From Macrostomum lignano (Eukaryota): DNA of 64,000 nt. A program made the position numbers and the translations under genes. The stretch covers positions 119,012 through 183,011 of the forward strand of contig NIVC01003293.1 of assembly GCA_002269645.1 (NCBI GenBank), written 5' to 3'. Below are positions 61,131 through 64,000 of the stretch, piece after piece. The notes below the pieces were generated by a model. It did not search any database, had not been told where the DNA came from, and was given only the letters and a program-made list of their open reading frames with translations. Position 1 is the first letter of the stretch, and each line of letters begins with the position of its first letter.

Positions 61131-61660
61131 CGAAGTTATCAGTGAATTTGTACCACTTATATAATTCAACACTCACACCAAGTCAGGTAGAGTAAAAAGT
61201 CACGCGAAGCAGTTATGACATAATCAATTTCTTAGGCAAGTCAGTACCAGTGTCTATGAAAGCTAACAATATGGTTACGTAATATAAATTCAGTACTGCA
61301 CTATACTTTCACACTCAAAGCTGTGACGCAATTCAATTGAGTGTCAAATTCAGCCAGTACACAGACGATAAATAAAGTGTATTGTGATGCAATCTATTTC
61401 AGAATCAGAATTCAACCAGTCAGTTTTTTCTCTAGCATTTTTACAGTGCGTTTCAAGTCGAAATAGCTGCTTGACCTTTGCAAAAAAGCATGTTTTTCGA
61501 ATATTTAATCCCTTTAGCATCGAGCAATTTCTTAGCCACGATGCATGTACCGTCACGGAAAAATTTCTGATCGAATGGTGCAAGTTCGAATAAAATCGGT
61601 TGAGCCGTTTTTGCTAAAATCGATCACACACATACCAACAGACCATTTTTAGTATATGGA

Positions 61661-64000
61661 CTAGCAATCTACGCCCCCAGTTGGGGAGCCAAAGAAATGC
61701 AATACACGTTTTTTTAATAAGCTAAATGTATCCTTGAAATCTTAAAAAATCTCCTGTCAAACCTTGTAAGCCTTGACTTGTCAGTTATCCCACCACAAGC
61801 TTTAACATATCAACTTCCCCCCTTGACATCTCAGCAATGCCCCCAATAAGCCTTGGAAATCTAAAAATATCTGTCAACCTTCTAACCCTAACCCTAGCCT
61901 AACCCTAACCCTAACCCTAACCCTAAAGCATTGAAATTTCAGTAATTCTCTCTAAGAGTCATTATAGCACTACTACAGCATTATAGCGATTCCTTGCAAG
62001 CCTCAACATCGTAGGGATTCCCCAATGAATCTCTTAACTTCGACATGAAGCTTCTTTTATTCTTTACATTACGCTTTTTTATCAGCGATCCCTCCCCTGA
62101 GGAGGCATCAAATAATGTAATAAAAAGTTTTCAATAAACTACATGTAGCTTCTGACTTTAGCCTTGAAATCTCATTTATACCCCCGTGAGCCTTGACATC
62201 TCAGCTATTCCCCCCGTAAGCCTTGACATGTCAGCTATTCCCCCCCGTAAGCCTTGAAATCTAAAAAATCCCCTGTTAACCTTGAAACCCGATAAAATAT
62301 AACCCTCAACCCACACCTGACCTAAACCTAACTTTAACCCAACCTAAAGCCTTGAAATCTCAGCAATTCTTCTCCCCTAAGCCTTGACATTTTAGTGATT
62401 CTTTCTTTAAGAATCACAGCACTATAACGATTTCCACCAAGCTTTGACATCGTAGCAATTCCCAAATGAATCTTTTAACTTCGACATGACTTTTCTTTTA
62501 TGTATAATAGTGCTACTTTTATTTTTTACATGACTTTTCTTCTATCAGCGCCCCCCCCGTGACGAGCCAACAAAGAATGCAATAAAAAATGAGTAAAGTA
62601 CATGAACTTTGAAGTAGCTTCTGACTTTTGCTTTGACATCTCAGAAACCCCCCCCCGTAATCTCAGTTATTCTCTGAGAGCCTTTGCGTCTCAGTTTTTC
62701 TCCCCAGCACAGCATTATAGTTGCATTTAATTTTTACATGAACCCTTCATGTCTGACATGACGTTTCTTTTATTCTACCGTGACGCTTCTTAATTTTTTA
62801 AATGACACTTTCATTAGTTTTAAATGAGGCTTCTATGATTTTTTCTTGACGCTTCTATGATTTTTACATGACGCTTCTATGATTTTTATATGACGTTTCT
62901 ATGATTGTTTACATGACGCTTCTATGATTGTTTACATGACGCTTCTATGATTGTTTACATGACGCTTCTATGATTTTTTACATGACGCTTCTATGATTTT
63001 TTACATGACGCTTCTATGATTGTTTACATGACGCTTCTATGATTTTTTACATGACGCTTCTATGATTGTTTACATGACGCTTCTATGATTGTTTACATGA
63101 CGCTTCTATGATTTTTTACATGACGCTTCTATGATTTTTTACATGACGCTTCTATGATTTTTACATGACGCTTCTATGATTGTTTACATGACGCTTCTAT
63201 GATTTTTTACATGACGCTTCTATGATTTTTTACATGACGCTTCTATGATTTTTACATGAAGCTTCTACGATTGTTTACATGACGCTTCTACGATTGTTTA
63301 CATGACGCTTCTATGATTGTTTACATGACGCTTCTATGATTTTTACATGACGCTTCTATGATTGTTACATGACGCTTCTATGATTTTTTACATGACGCTT
63401 CTATGATTGTTTACATGACGCTTCTATGATTGTTTACATGACGCTTCTATGATTTTTTACATGACGCTTCTACGATTTTTTACATGACGCTTCTATGATT
63501 GTTTACATGACGCTTCTATGATTTTTACATGACGCTTCTATGATTGTTTACATGACGCTTCTATGATTTTTTACATGACGCTTCTATGATTTTTTACATG
63601 ACGCTTCTATGATTTTTACATGAAGCTTCTACGATTGTTTACATGACGCTTCTACGATTGTTTACATGACGCTTCTATGATTGTTTACATGACGCTTCTA
63701 TGATTTTTACATGACGCTTCTATGATTGTTACATGACGCTTCTATGATTTTTTACATGACGCTTCTACGATTGTTTACATGACGCTTCTATGATTTTTAA
63801 TGACGCTTCTACGATTTTTACATGACGCTTCTACGATTTTTTACATGACGCTTCTATGATTTTTTACATGACGCTTCTATGATTTTTTACATGACGCTTC
63901 TATGATTTTTTTACATGACGCTTCTATGATTTTTTACATGACGCTTCTACGATTGTTTACATGACGCTTCTATGATTTTTTACATGACGCTTCTACGATT
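61661..64000 (-). mobile_element. Second Helitron-like copy H2b (3' part), head-to-tail with H2
   Basis: 3' end is hairpin + gtagattgCTAG at 61664->61661, immediately followed by the TC of H2. Region ~61750-62830 is a diverged paralog of ~57010-58130. Confidence 0.8.

Larger units (their letters stand above)
56767..61660 (-). mobile_element. Complete non-autonomous Helitron-like element H2 (4894 bp)
   Basis: 5' end TCCATATACTAAAAATGG at 61660. 3' end is hairpin gccaccccgaaggggggc + gctagattgCTAG|T at 56767. Contains two tRNA-like modules, 48-, 18- and 22-bp arrays, and a telomeric tract. Confidence 0.8.

Overview
Repeat-rich invertebrate (metazoan) genomic DNA with short GT-AG introns. The style is compatible with a free-living flatworm such as Macrostomum, but species is an inference. 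All gene models were spliced by hand from GT/AG sites and reading-frame continuity. Host genes: (1) an ADAM metalloprotease cluster. ADAM-A is the 3' half of a type-I membrane paralog (6577-11226). ADAM-B is a complete 14-exon, ~800 aa paralog with an intact HEIGHNLGFEH site that ends in a GPI-signal-like tail (15210-21653). ADAM-C is a rearranged pseudogene (27908-32461). There is also an inverted orphan terminal exon expanded into a PPGY array (27212-27487) and the first two exons of a further paralog before an assembly gap (45669-45925). (2) A 4-exon, ~440 aa gustatory-receptor-like 7TM gene (34816-43314) plus a pseudogene fragment. (3) A multi-exon sushi/CCP glycoprotein built by exon-pair duplication (48586-55968). 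Mobile DNA: two Penelope-like insertions with hammerhead motifs and inverted structure, a decayed Ty3/Gypsy element, RNase H-bearing LINE fragments (one at the centre of a ~1.08 kb-arm inverted duplication), a Polinton-type PolB relic, a CORE-SINE and a hAT MITE. The most distinctive element is a family of non-autonomous Helitron-like elements (TC...hairpin-CTAG, one head-to-tail CTAG|TC junction) carrying tRNA-like modules, telomeric repeats and 18/22/48-bp satellite arrays; these fill much of 36-42 kb and 57-64 kb.
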